Source: Callorhinchus milii (lineage: Eukaryota). Taken from it: a stretch of DNA of 64,000 nt. The notes under the pieces were generated by a model. That model ran no database searches. It was not told the origin of the DNA and saw only the letters and a list, made by a program, of their open reading frames with translations. Made by a program: the position numbers and the translations under genes. The first letter of the stretch is position 1. Every line of letters starts with the position of its first letter. The stretch is from contig NW_024704742.1 in NCBI RefSeq assembly GCF_018977255.1, forward strand, positions 46,564,001 to 46,628,000, read 5' to 3'. Of the stretch, positions 26,165 through 39,010 are shown piece by piece.

Positions 26165-26550
26165 CGGACTGGCTTAGTGAGGTGAAGTGTGCAACCATGG
26201 ATGGTGATGCCTCAGGTGTCAGAACTGTATGCAGGACAGTCTAGGCTGACATTTTAAGACACTGCAATGTGCTGCGTTGTTGCAGATGCTATCCTTTGGA
26301 TGAGATGTTAAATCTAGGTCCCGTACGCACGTTCAAAGCACTATTCGTAAAGTTAGAAAGTGTTCCTCCTGATGGCCAACCATTACCCAGATAAAATTGT
26401 TCATTCACTTAATAGTTGTTTGTGGGAGAAAATTGGCTGGCACATTTGTCTGCAAAATACACAGTCACTACACTTTACAGAAAAATCCTGTGAAACACTT
26501 TGAAACGTCTTGAGGGCATAAAATACTTTATTAAACGCAAGGATTATTAT
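26165..26550 (+). mobile_element. Old Deu-domain-type SINE
   Basis: gatgctatcctttggatgagatgttaaatctaggtccc core, gtttgtggg...aaattggctg segment and SINE tail. Confidence 0.6.
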
Positions 26551-28054
26551 TCCCCATTACCTGAGACACACAATGTGTTCAGAATGGATCATAATCACTT
26601 TGGCAATCTATTTGAGGTAAAGTACATTAATTGCTCCAAACATTACCCCACAGATATTTTTATAAAGCCATCAATTATGTTATATCAAAATTATTGTTGT
26701 TTTGACTGAGTACTGATCTTTGTTCAAAAAATGAATTGCCACAAACTGAATCTCAGGCTGAAGATTCACCTTCATTCTACGCACTATAATGATGGGTGAG
26801 CTGTACATGTATGAAAACAATCATAGTCTGGTGTTTACTGCGATCCATTATTGTATTTTAAACTCATCCCTGCAGTGCTTTGAACTCTTAATCAAACTGA
26901 AGGCTAAGAAGCAAAAAAAAGTATTAATTCTGTTCTCCACAGTCGCAACGATTAAGTCTTGGTTTCAGCTAAATCAGCAAACTCAAAGTATTGTCCAAGA
27001 ATCAATCTCAAGCCTAAACTCAGGAGTTAACTGTTGCTATATCGGTCTTCTTCGTGCACCCAATGCAATGTAGCTGATAACAAGCTTGAGAGGAGGTACT
27101 TCAACTCTATTCAAAAGAGAATTGTAATGGAATCAGCACACAGAGAAGGCTTGAGCTGATACTTAAAAATATATCAAATGTATTGCTTTAGTGCACTAGA
27201 CGGACATGTCATTATTACAAAGACATACCTAGCTGTAAACAAAACTGAGGATAGAGTGAGCAACTTCTATTGCGTTTACATGACACGTTTTCACTAAGTA
27301 CATCATGTAACTGTGCTCACCAGCAAAGTAACACAGAAGCATGCCCGAGATGTAATGAGTGGGTGTTCGTGAATCTGGAGTCCAGGTAAAGGCATCAAGC
27401 AGCTGTTGTTCTAAACCTCAGAATATATTTTTCCAATGGAAATGTGCCTTCAGCCTACGTGTGTCAAACATTATTCGGTAACAGCGCACCTCCCAAAATA
27501 ATTAACAAATAAAATGGACGCTAATCCAAAACCCCAGTTTCACACAGTGACTGGCTTGGGCTCTCGTCTGCCGGAAAGGAGTTTTAAACTTCAAGTTAGG
27601 GATGAGCTTTTCGGAAGCGTTTAATGCATAGTTAATAGTTAGACGATGCTTCATTTATAATATCATAACTTCTTGTCTGTTGGTAATAAATGAGGTTACT
27701 TTTCCATTCATAATCAATGAAAAGGAAGCCAACGCTCCTTTTAACAGTTTGTTTAAACTTTATGCTTAATTCAGAAGTTAGTTCTATTTATGTACAGTGA
27801 TGTGCTGTGCTCCAATCTCTCACCCTGAATAATTAAAGGTAACAACTTGAGGAAATAAACAAGAACATTGCTGCAACACCTGTTTAGAAAATACCCTGCA
27901 GATTTGGTTTACTTAATTAAATGCAGGCTTAATGTCAAAATATATTTATGAAACCATTTAATGCAAGTTTAAATAAAACAGCTGCATCAGTGTCCTTCAA
28001 AACTCCTCTTCCCTTTTGTTTGTTAAAAGGGTCTCATCATCTTCACTGTAGTCA

Positions 28055-28375
28055 ATACTACTAATAATAAAAAAATAATAATTTGGCCACTCAATCCACA
28101 ACCGTTTATGGGACACTGCTGTGTATAATTGGCTGCCATGTTTCACTCACAAAATATAGTCACTACACTTCACAGTATATTCTGCAAAGTGCTTTGAGTT
28201 GTGTCAATGACATGATAAGGCGCTATATCAAATGCAAGGATTATTATTTTTAGTTCCAAATGTCTTGTAATGTTGGAAAGTCTGCATAATACATACTTTA
28301 CAATATATTGTGTGAAATGCTTTGAGATTGACGTGAAAGGCACTGTATCAAAAGCAAGGAATATTATTATTAATT
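28055..28375 (+). mobile_element. Two SINE 3' fragments in tandem
   Basis: Two copies of the tail aaggcgctatatcaaatgcaaggattatt. Confidence 0.8.
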
Positions 28376-28569
28376 TAGTTAAGAATTTTAACCAAAATGG
28401 AAACTTCATGTTTCAGGACTGATCATCTGCACCTTGTTCATTTCAGAATATCTTAAAATCACACCTTTTATATTTTAGGACACGATGGTGTGCGCAACCT
28501 TTTGATTTCAACTATGGCTAGAAATGAACAACAAAAAGGAACATGGTGGAAATCTGAAATAACAAAAAA

Positions 28570-29440
28570 TCGATCAGCAACTGAAAGAGAAATACCTTTT
28601 GGGGTATGAAACCATAAAGGTCATAGGAAAATGTAATTTTTGAAGTGATGGAAATCTCCAAAATTGCATCAGTATTTTCTTTACTACAAATTGATCTGAT
28701 CCAGAAGGGAATGGGAATATGTTTATAGAACTTGGGATAGTTCTGACTGTCTTTGGCAAATAGTGTGATCACATCAGCTGCAATCTCACACTCTCGCGAC
28801 TGTGTTTATCTATTTTAAAATACATGCTCTGAAATTCCACCATCTCCATACAAGCTCACATTTATAGTGAATGTCAGCAAGCAAGTAATGCTCATTTTAC
28901 GTAAGGACATTGAATAGGTCACAGTTAGCGCACACAATATTGTGTGCAATTCTGAATCCCCATTAAAGAATTGACATTAGATCCATGGAAAAAGTGTAGC
29001 ACAAATTCAAACAAATGGTATCAGCGATAAGGGTTAAAGGTATGAGAATCGCCTCAAATATTTTGCCAGGGACACAGAGCTAAGAATGGATTTAATAGAG
29101 ATCTACAAATTCTGAAGGGTTTTGAGAAGCTAGATAATGAATGACTAATAACCTGTTAAAAAGGGGGGCATAATCTCCAGGACCGTCACTGAAAAGGCCA
29201 GAATTGTTTTACCTCGAGTTATCAAAATGTGGAATGTTTTGCCACATTGGGCCTGAGATTGTAATAATATTTGAAAGGGAATTAGATGAACAATTGAAGA
29301 GGAACAATATAAAAATGGTACAAAAAAGGACAATGAAATTGGGACAAGTATAGACACCATAAATGAAGGAGTCAGTGGCAGTTTACGCTCAATTGGCCAA
29401 ATGGCCTTCTCCAATGCAGTAATATCCATGATTCTGTAAC
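28570..29440 (+). mobile_element. Ancient CR1 ORF2 and 3'UTR remnants
   Basis: Traces of ASVF.T, YCVQF..P, DLIE.YK and RVIKMWN.LP, then a ggccaaatggcct terminus. Confidence 0.6.
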
Positions 29441-30084
29441 AGTACAAACAGCTCTATTCTATACAGTGCTTGCAATGATTTACTCAGATAAGTTACATTT
29501 AGTGCCAGGATTCTGACAAGTTTATACAATGCTATGAACAATATAACAGCAAAAAGCTTATTCTGTTCATAAAACTGTCCCAATAACCATGCTTTTATAG
29601 TATGGAGTTTATCAGTACATTGTAGGATATTAGGCAATAAACAACATGTTCCTGAGGAAGATAGGTCAAATTGATTTGCAACAGTAGTTTATGGACATTT
29701 TAGCACCAGAGTTAGACTGCTGAAAGAAACAGTACTTTAATTATAGTGAACACCAATGTATTCAAAGAAACAAATTGAAAATCTCACTACTATTCTGTTT
29801 CCAGTCCCAAAGTCAAAACATTTGAAAATTAAATCATACCCAAAGAAATATATCCCCCTAAACAATTTTTACAGCACCTTGGGACGTCCTCCTGATGTGA
29901 AAGGTGATTTTGTATTGTATTTTATGAAGTCCATGCAGCGATCTATGTTTCAAAATAACTTCATGGTTTACCTCAATTCTAAGTTAGAACACTAAGACAG
30001 TATTTTAATGCCTTCAATGCATAAACAATGGATATTACTCACAAAAATATATTCTTGTATGTTAAACATTAATCTCCTTTGTTC

Positions 30085-30627
30085 CGAGATCCTCATTCAT
30101 GCCTCTATCGTGTCCAGATTTGGTTATTCTAACGATTATTCTATTCTATCCCTGCTCGACAGAGTCCCCAGTACCTTCCTGCACAAATGCTGAACTCTAC
30201 AGTCATAGTTCTCCTGCACTAGGCTCCCCGAGCCTATCAACCCCACTCTTGCTCAGCTCCACTGGCTCCCCATCCTCAGCAAGTGGAAGATCTTCAAGAT
30301 CCTCATCCTCAAATTCAAATTTCTCCAATGATCATTCCACCCTAACTCTGCCACCTCCTGGAACCCTCCCCAATGAGCGTGCTTTTGGTCATTCTGTCCC
30401 ATTCTCTGGAACTCCCTCCTGGAATCCCTCCGCCTGAATCTTCCCCCGACCCGCACTTTTAAAGCCAACTTTAAGATGTATCTCTTTGACCACAAGTTCG
30501 GGTGCCTTACCCCCAACCACTTCAGCTCGGGCCTGGCAGCTACCCTACCCTGCCAGGCCTGTGAAGCGCTTTGAGATGTTCTCCCAAGTGTAAGGCGCTA
30601 TATATATGTGCAATGTATTATATTGTA
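30085..30627 (+). mobile_element. Degraded L2 3' portion
   Basis: LIHASIVSRFGYSN, AQLHWLP and LWNSLP remnants plus tail. Confidence 0.8.
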
Positions 30628-30881
30628 TGCATATATAGGTAAAGCAGTTGTCTCAATTTCCAAAGCAGTCTCAGTCAATGTGTAAAAAGAACAAGCACAA
30701 TACCTAAATAGCATGGGGGAATAGCAAGATTGTTCATTGTGAAATGCTTTCTACTAACTTAAAACCAACCAGATTTTAATATTTCACGTCCCTTTTATTA
30801 AAGTACCGAGATGAGGCTATTTATTTTGCCCAACAAGTTTAAGCACATTAACTAAGCAATCAATGTAGAATGTACACTCAC

Positions 30882-31021
30882 TTTCATATCCTTGTACAGG
30901 AGCAGCTTTTCATCTTTTAGGACACAATAGCGGTCTTGAAATTTATTTCCAGATAGCAATTTTGATGGCTCTTCCCTCCACTTTAGATTTCCAGCTTTTC
31001 CAGGTTCTTTCATGTTCTTTG
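30882..31021 (-). CDS. ARAP2: ARAP2 coding exon (PH5): AKNMKEPGKAGNLKWREEPSKLLSGNKFQDRYCVLKDEKLLLYKDMK
   Basis: EEPSKxLSGNKFQDRY is the ARAP2 PH5 signature. Acceptor tttgtacttaaaag, donor gtgagt, 140 nt, phase 1->0. Confidence 0.96.
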
Positions 31022-31194
31022 CTTTTAAGTACAAAGTGAAATTGCATTAGCTCTCCACACTCTCCCACTGCAGGCCTTTGTTTTAGCTCCTTGAAAATGC
31101 TATGCAATTATTTACATAGACTGCATTGAGTCACTGTAAACTATTAAAAGTAAATGTAGGTAGTTTTGGGGGGATCAATCGGGTGTCTGACACC

Positions 31195-31545
31195 TACAGA
31201 AATCCATCACCAGGCTTAAGGTTATCCAAACCAGATAGAGTTTCCCGTATGCCATCTGCACACGGAAATCCATGAGTCTGGAAATAGAATGCTCTTTCAC
31301 CAGAGAACACACCTCACTGACCTAATTCCAAAGAATATTAAATGCAAGAGCCAAGGTTTGGGGACATTAGTGTGTATGTTGGGGAACTGCTTGAGTTTAA
31401 CTAGCTAAAACCTCATAGCTTCCCATTGAAAGCGCTATCTGGCAAGCTGCCCGCTGCTTATCTAACTAAGACCACTTACCTGTTCGGGCTTTGGCTTGCA
31501 GGGTTAACAGGGGCTGAGTGGGAAGAATACTTGCATCTGTTCCTC
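31195..31545. repeat. Unclassified interspersed repeat, copy 2 (may extend to about 31950)
   Basis: Homologous to 15825-16165 in the same orientation. Confidence 0.75.
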
Positions 31546-31954
31546 CAAGTCCTGCTGATGAGCCAGGCTGTGTGTTTGTCATTAGAAGTCCCCTGGAGTA
31601 CTGCAGACCTGCCTCATTCAGGAACTGGACTATTGTGACCTCCATTCCATTGCCCAAGCATGTTACCTTGGAGTTAATTGAGCTCTAAGGAGACCCCGCT
31701 TACCATCCCTCACAAAGGATAGTCACAAGCTGGTCATCTAACATCCAACAAGCATAGGTTTGAGCCCGCACTAGGTAGATTGCAGGTACCAGGAATTCCC
31801 TGTGAGCTTCCCAGTGAGCAGTACAGCATTGCTACCAGCTTCCTGCCACTAGCTCGGACACACATCCTGACTCATTGAGCAATGGTTCCACCTGTTGCAG
31901 ATGCAGAGCTTCAGCAGCAGCTACTTACCTCTCATGGTGGATTCCAAGCCCTTT

Positions 31955-32842
31955 ATCATAGAATTATACAGCACAGAAGGAGGCCATTCGGCCCATCGTG
32001 TCCGTGCCGGCTCTTTGAAAGAATTATCCAAATTAATCCCACTCCCGCGCTCTCTGCCCATAACCTTGCAAACTTGTCCTCCCTAAATATCTATCTACTT
32101 CTCTCTTGAAAGTTGTTATCGAATTGGTTTCCACCACCCTTTCAGGCAATGCATTCCACATACAAATAACTCGCTTGTGTGAAAACATTTCTCCTCACTT
32201 CTCCACTGGTTCTTTGGCAACTATTTTAAATCTGTGTCCTCTGGTTACTGACCCACCTGCCAGTGGAAACAGTTTCTCCTTGTTCACCCTATCAAATCCC
32301 CTTATAATTTTGAACACCTCTGTTAAATCTCCCTTTAACCTTCTCTGCTCCAAGGAGAATAACCCTAGCTTCTATAGCCTCTCCTCATAACTGAAGTCCC
32401 TCATTTCTGGTTCCATCCTGATAAATCCCCTTTGCACCTCTCCAATGCCTTTACATCCTTCTTAAAGTGTGGTGCCCAGAACTGAACACAGTCTTGAGCT
32501 GAGGTCTAACCAGTGTTTTATAAAGGTTCATCATAACTTCCTGACCTTTGTATTCTATGCCCCTATTTATAAAGCCTTGTATCCCATATGCTTTTTTAAC
32601 AGCTTTATCTGCCTGTCCTGCCACCTTCAAAGATTTGCTTATATGAACCCCCAGGTCTCTCTGTTCCTTCACCCCCTTTAAGATTGCACCATCAGCTTAT
32701 ATTGCCTCTCCTCATTCTTCCTCCCAAAATCCATCACTTCGCATTTTTCTGCATTAAATTTCATCTGCCATGTGTCTACCCATTTCACCAGTCTGTCTAT
32801 GACATCTTGCAGTCAACTACTCTCCTCCTTGCCATTTACTAC
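31955..32842 (-). mobile_element. 5'-truncated CR1 LINE
   Basis: ORF 32451..32672 reads EQRDLGVHI...KAVKKAYG...GIEYK...LYKTLVRPQL. CR1 3'UTR ends at about 31955. Confidence 0.92.
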
Positions 32843-32937
32843 TTTTATATATGAACTTGTGCTCACAAATATGGACTTCAGGTAACACCTTCTGGCAGCT
32901 GGCAGCCCAAGCCTCAAATGAACATGTACCTTAAGTA

Positions 32938-33117
32938 ATGAAAGGGTGGTGGAAACCAATTCGATAACAACTTTTAAGAGAGTAGATAATTGTTTGGGGA
33001 GGACAAATTTGCATAGCTATGGGGACAGAACGGGGGAGTGGGATCGAATTGGATAGCTCTTTTCAAAGAGCTGGCACAGACACGTTGGGCTGAATGGTTT
33101 CCTTCTGTGTTGTATGA
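32938..33117 (+). mobile_element. CR1 3' end, inverted relative to the 31955 copy
   Basis: Approximate reverse complement of 31960-32145. Confidence 0.85.
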
Positions 33118-35595
33118 AGTGGCACTGCAAAACAATCTACCACAGCTTACCCCAATATATTTCGATTTGGAAACTATCAACATATTGATGCTTACTTTAT
33201 ACACCAGTTGTAAGCAGAAGTTATATTTGTTGAGTTCCAGAACCTCATGTTCCACTTGGATCGTCTGATGATGTTTATCAAATGGACCAAAATGTGGATG
33301 CAAATTAGAACTGACATCCAAGACATTGACATGATCATGGTCATGGACCCTCATCTGATAACCACTCACAAAGCTACCTTACAACAGCTAATCGCATGCA
33401 GTTGTTGGCTGTAATATTAACAAATCCCATTATGTACCATCCAATGAGTGACCACATTTACACTTATAATCTCATTAACTAACCACCTGACTTTACTCAA
33501 TTGAAGATAACATAATTAAAATGTTTTTCTTATTAACGCAGAAGCTGCAAAACTGATAAGAAATCAACATCACAGTATGTCAACTGCGTTACCTCGGGAC
33601 AGATTAGAAATGGAGGGGAAGGGAAATGGAGATTTGCTTAACAACATTGTGGTTGAACAGGGGGAAAACAGCATAAATCGCATTTCACATAACAAAACGT
33701 GCCTTGGGACATGAAGTACATCTCCAGCAGAGAACACGCATGTATACTGTATTGATTAAGCAGAAATCTTAATTAAAATGTGGGTGTTTCACCCACAAAA
33801 AACAGTCAATTAACTTTTCAATATATTCTGTGAAGTGCTTTGAGACGTCTCAAAGACGTGATAAGGAGTTATATCAAATGCAAGGATTATTATTATTATT
33901 AAGTACTTATGGTCAGTGTAATGTACATAAAATGCCCTACAGGAAGCGCACTCTACTTTAGAAGCACATTTTCTGGGATGAACTGAGATGCAATTTACAC
34001 TGCAGGTTTCCCATTCAAGCACTTTGCCAATCTTGACTTAAATGAACTGCATTCATCTGAAGAGATACTTTTGGGAAAATGTTTAGAACAATGCTAAGAA
34101 GAATAAAAAGTGTTATGTCCTTTGATCAAGTAGAGAAAACTCAGTCTTGGTAAACTGTGAGCCTTGGATAGTTCATCTCTATCTGAAGTGAACCAGACTA
34201 GATTCGCTGAACCCATTGTCTAGGCTGACACAGAAACTCACGGAAATATCACCGTTTTGTTTTTGACAATAATGATAGATTGCATCATTTCATCTAAAAA
34301 TGTCCATTCTTTGATCCTGAAACAAATCTGTCAGTTGAACGTATCATTTAAGATCATTGTATCTAAGATAGTCAATTTCAGATTATGGATCAAGCTTTTA
34401 CACCACATGTTCAGTACATACCCAAATAATATAGCAGCAGCATAACAGTGTACCTGCTAAATTACATTAGCCTATCTGCTGTTACCATAAGAAAAGGCAG
34501 TGATAAAACAATATTTGGACAATTGGAGTACTGTTGGCTTTCCGTATTTCCATTTATAGCATAGAGAATGTTTGAATAGCAGGGTAAGTCTGAAAATTCA
34601 CTTGTGGAAATGAGGAAGTTAGATCCTGAAAAATGTCAAAGTACTTTTATGGAAAAGACAGCTGTAATAAGACTCCCAAGTAATCTTTGCAAAATGTACT
34701 TGAATTATGAAATATTATTTGTTTAGATTTATCCAAAACAGCAGCCCGCACCAGATGTGCATTAATTTCTGCATTTCAATATTTGTATAGTTTCATTATG
34801 AATACCCTTTTCACAAATACAATAAAATAGAATTTGCTCGAGTGTGTCATGCAGCACAAGGCCACACAGAGAAGTTGTAGGTTCGAATCAGAGTGCACTC
34901 TGAGTTAGTTGACCTTAGAAATCGGACTGTTAGAACTGGTCTCAATGCCACTGGATCTGGTAGTAGGAAATCCCCCACCTGGTATCCACCTCCATCTCTG
35001 GGAGCTCCTCAGTGTCTATACTCCCTAACCTACCCCAGCTTGGACTCCAACTCAGTCTTTAAGATGTTTTCCTTATGTGAAAAGCGTTATATAAGTGTAA
35101 ATTATCATTGGTGATGGCACTGAATTCCCTTTGTTGCCTAACATTTGAACTGAAATTCCAGTCTCCAGTCATGTATAGCGCCTCTGGTAATGTTAGCCAC
35201 GAATGGGATTTTTCCTTTATCCAGTGTCACCAAAGATGCTACTTGTAATACTGACCATGTTACTGACAGTGGTATTTTACTGGCAGCGGTGTTCCTGATT
35301 CTGGATATTCATAACTACAACAGTGTTTCAAACCAATTTTATTTTCCTACATTTTACTTCCAAGTTACGACAAGAAACTGAATACAACCTGTCTACTGAA
35401 AACATGATGATGAAGCAAAAACAATAGAAAGCAAAACAGTAGAGAGTGAGAGAAAAAACAAACTATAAAAAAATGCATAAACTGAAATCTTCAATGTTGC
35501 CCATACGACTGCTGACAAAGTAACCTACTCAGATGAATAATACAACATGTGGAAATGCAGCTCCCTTATGCCGCAGCGGAGAAAACAACAGGTTG

Positions 35596-35902
35596 ATAAT
35601 AATAATAATAATCATTGCACTTGATATAGCGCTTTTCACGTCTTCTAGACATCCCAAAGCGCTTCACAGAATATATTGTAAAGTGAATTGACTGTATATT
35701 TGTTTGCGAACGCGGCAGCAGCACAGCAATGTCCCACAAACAGTCGTAGATTGAAAATGACCAATTTATTATTTTTTTTTGGAGGGATTATTATTAGGTG
35801 TGTGGAGTAAGGAAACTTGCCCAAGGTTTCGCCCTGCCTGGAATTGAACTCAGGTCTCTCGCTTGCAAAACGAGTGCTCTAACCACTGAGCTACAGGACT
35901 CC
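35596..35902 (-). mobile_element. tRNA-derived SINE, short subfamily, near full length
   Basis: Head GGAGTCCTGTAGCTCAGTGGTTAGAGC with A box and B box, and an (ATT)n tail. Confidence 0.9.
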
Positions 35903-35939
35903 AAGTGTTGATCCCAAGTGTTAGAGGAATGAACTATGA

Positions 35940-36310
35940 GCAATGATGAGGCAGGCCAGTGCTCTTCATCTTGAGAGGTGACACAGAGAGGACCTTATAA
36001 AGGGGTAAAACATTTTTAAATGGGATTGAAAAATCAAACCCAGAACAATACTTTAGGATGCACCAGGAAAGCAGAACAAGATGACACTGTTTTAGTGTTG
36101 CAAAGAGCAACTTAAGGAAAGATACCAGGAAGTTTTTCATTATCCAGAGGTAATTAATAATAATTAATAATAAAGAAACGATTATCAGGTAGGATGGTTG
36201 GGAGCAGGATACTGAACCTGATTAAAAAACACAGCTTAATGTTATGATGGAGGGTGGGTATTCTGGAGGAATGAGATCAGATGGGCCACCTTCATCTGAA
36301 CTAATCTTAT
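35940..36310 (+). mobile_element. Ancient CR1 3' remnant
   Basis: Traces of LRGD, RTR.H and RKFF..QRVIN. Confidence 0.6.
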
Positions 36311-37751
36311 CATCACTAACTATTAACTCCATAACATCAAGAAGAGTGACAGAAAGCTGAACCAATCGCCAAGGAACGTTTCAAACCAAATAAGAGCCAA
36401 GGGTGGAATTTGCAGCTGTGGTTTCCCGGAGTTTGAACAGTCTTCTCATGCGTGAAGAAATGTCTCCACGTGACAGGACATTCTGACCCCTGACCTACAC
36501 CATTCTGACTGATGGCTGCTCCTTCTACTGAATAATTGAAAATCTGGGGATTCCTAAACTATTGCTTTGACCCAATTGCAATGGCTGAATCATTGCTAGA
36601 GATGATGATAATAATAATAATAATATAATAATACTTCACCCACAACACTGTAAAAGGTGTTGAAAAGTCAACAAAGGTACAGATTGAAGTTGTTGTGCAG
36701 GATATTAAGTACTATATATTAAAACATACTTCAAAGTGAGCAATAGAAAAGCAAAGAATGTGATTTGACTGTGGAGAAATTTGAACTGGGTTTAGCTTTA
36801 CTCTATTGGTGCTGCATATCAGATCATTCACAATTTGGCAAATACTGAGACACAGCCTTAATTTTGAAGCTGGTTTTCTGTAAGTCTGTGTCTCGATAAG
36901 AAGAGTTGGGGCTGAATTCAACAACTTGCTAAATTGTGGATGCTCTAAAATGCTACAGAAAGTGTAAATCTTGACCAAGGTGGAATTTCTCCCCAATGGT
37001 GCCTTGAAAATCAGATTAGATTCCATGCCTCCTCATTTAACAAATTCCTGTTTGGGGGTGAGGGAGGGAGGGAATGACTGTTCATAATATAGATAGGGTA
37101 CAATCGTGACAGCCAGTCTCCAGTGTGAATCCGTTATGGATTATGTGGCTCTCACCTGATTTACTCTGCATCCCCTTGCCCCCACCTCTACCCCAACACA
37201 CCTAGATAAATCAGGTCTGCATATCACTGTAATATGAACCCCCAGCTCAGTTGCAAACACTCGACTGGGCAGCATCTTGGGACACCCTGCGGATATGAAA
37301 GGGGCTATATAAATGTGATTTGTTGTTGCTGTAATATAGCACAAAGAACCGAGCCTAATAGACAGTGATATCCCAGTTTCCTATCATATAAAGTAAATTA
37401 ATCTCTACAAAGGCCCCTCACAGCAGATCTCAAGATACCAAGACACCATTGTGAACAATGATGGTGTACAATACGTGTCATAGAAAACAAGAGCTGAATT
37501 AGAACAAGTCAAGATGCGTAAGTTGTTCTGAAGATTACATTAAACTGCTTTTACGCTATTGGATCTCCTGAAGTGGATTTTTCATGTTGAATTGGTCATC
37601 AATTAGATTATAACCCATTTTCTAATACTCTACTCATAAATGAAGATTCAGACAGAATTAGACACTGCTCCCACAGTGTCTAAGGTGCTATATCGAATGC
37701 AAGGATTATTATATTGAATATTCAGTTATCAGAGGAAAAGAACGTTCATAC

Positions 37752-37880
37752 CTAGATACGTTTTGATTGCCTTTGCAGCTTGAAACTGTTTTACAATTAA
37801 GTAAGCGGATTCAGGTTCCGATAGTAAACTCCACTGGAGGACCTGATCCAGAACATTCTCTTTGTGGTGCAATGGCCTCT
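37752..37880 (-). CDS. ARAP2: ARAP2 coding exon (RA domain): ERPLHHKENVLDQVLQWSLLSEPESAYLIVKQFQAAKAIKTYL
   Basis: Lies inside ORF 37729..38040 and matches recalled ERPLHYKENVLEQVLRWSSLAEPGSAYLVVK. Acceptor tttccttcccccacag, donor gtatga, 129 nt, phase 1->1. Confidence 0.96.
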
Positions 37881-38149
37881 CTGTGGGGGAAGGAAAGATT
37901 GACAGCATAAACATTTTATTCAGATGTTCAATAGCACAATAAGCCAAAACAGGGTTGTATGAATTTTCCAGAAGTAAATAATTTTTTCTCCAGACAGAAC
38001 AGTAATGAAAAAATGAAGTCACACAAATTGTGAAAATCAAACACGTAACAAAATAAAAAGCTTAGAGAACAGGGAATCGTCAGATATATAAATAAATTAT
38101 TTTAATAGGAAATTACAATTTAATGTGATAAGTTCTTTAAAACAATCCA

Positions 38150-39010
38150 TCATTGAAATCCTGTACCAATAGATTTTACCTTTCATTCATCCACTTTAAA
38201 ATCCATCTGCCATTCTTCATATCTATCTGCTTAGTTTATCCAAGGCAATTTAACGTTATCAATCTCTATTATGCCCAACATCTGGGAACAACTTCTTATC
38301 ATCTACAAATTTTCAAGGTATCGTGTTGGAAACGTGTTAACAGCCGAGGAATCAGAACACACTCCTGCAGGCAGGGCTCCATTAGACGCTGCAATGTTAT
38401 TTTTATTTGTATCACTACCTTCTGTTTTCTATGATTAAGCTAGTATTTTGGTGGTTGTTTCTGAAGACCGTTATCAATTGCCTCAGTCATTCTTCAAATG
38501 TGATCGTAAACAACAGGATTGAAAATGCACTATTCTGGAACAGTGAATCCTACAGCTCGCTTGATGAGCATCACACCCTTCCACGAGAACTGAAACGATT
38601 GAAGTCCAAGTGCCCTGAAGACCCTTTATTGCTTGAGTTTCTTTGAAACACAGCTTTAACTGCATTTTAAGAACCAAATGACTAGATGTGGAATTTATCC
38701 ATGGTCTATCAAGTTTCTATCCATAACCTTAAGTGACCCATTTTGTCTGCACTGCACCCGAATCCTTTTACTATGTGCATATCTTAAAAAAAGTTTGCAT
38801 TCTGTTGCTCTTTTCTTTTCTAATCTACCTTTTTATTGCCTTGTTATCTCTGTGAATACTTTCTGTAGTCATCTTTAATTCAACTCAGAAGTTCTCAATA
38901 CTATTTGTTTCCCCTCAACTTTAAAGTCTTTCTGCCCTTCAGGTTATTCCATCACCTCCATCTTCAGCCACTGTGGTTCGTAGATGGCTTTCTGTAAGAT
39001 GTGTAAGGAG
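38150..39010 (-). mobile_element. Ancient CR1 RT remnant
   Basis: Minus-strand KFVDD at about 38300 and a degenerate PQGSVLGP at about 38350-38370. Confidence 0.55.
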
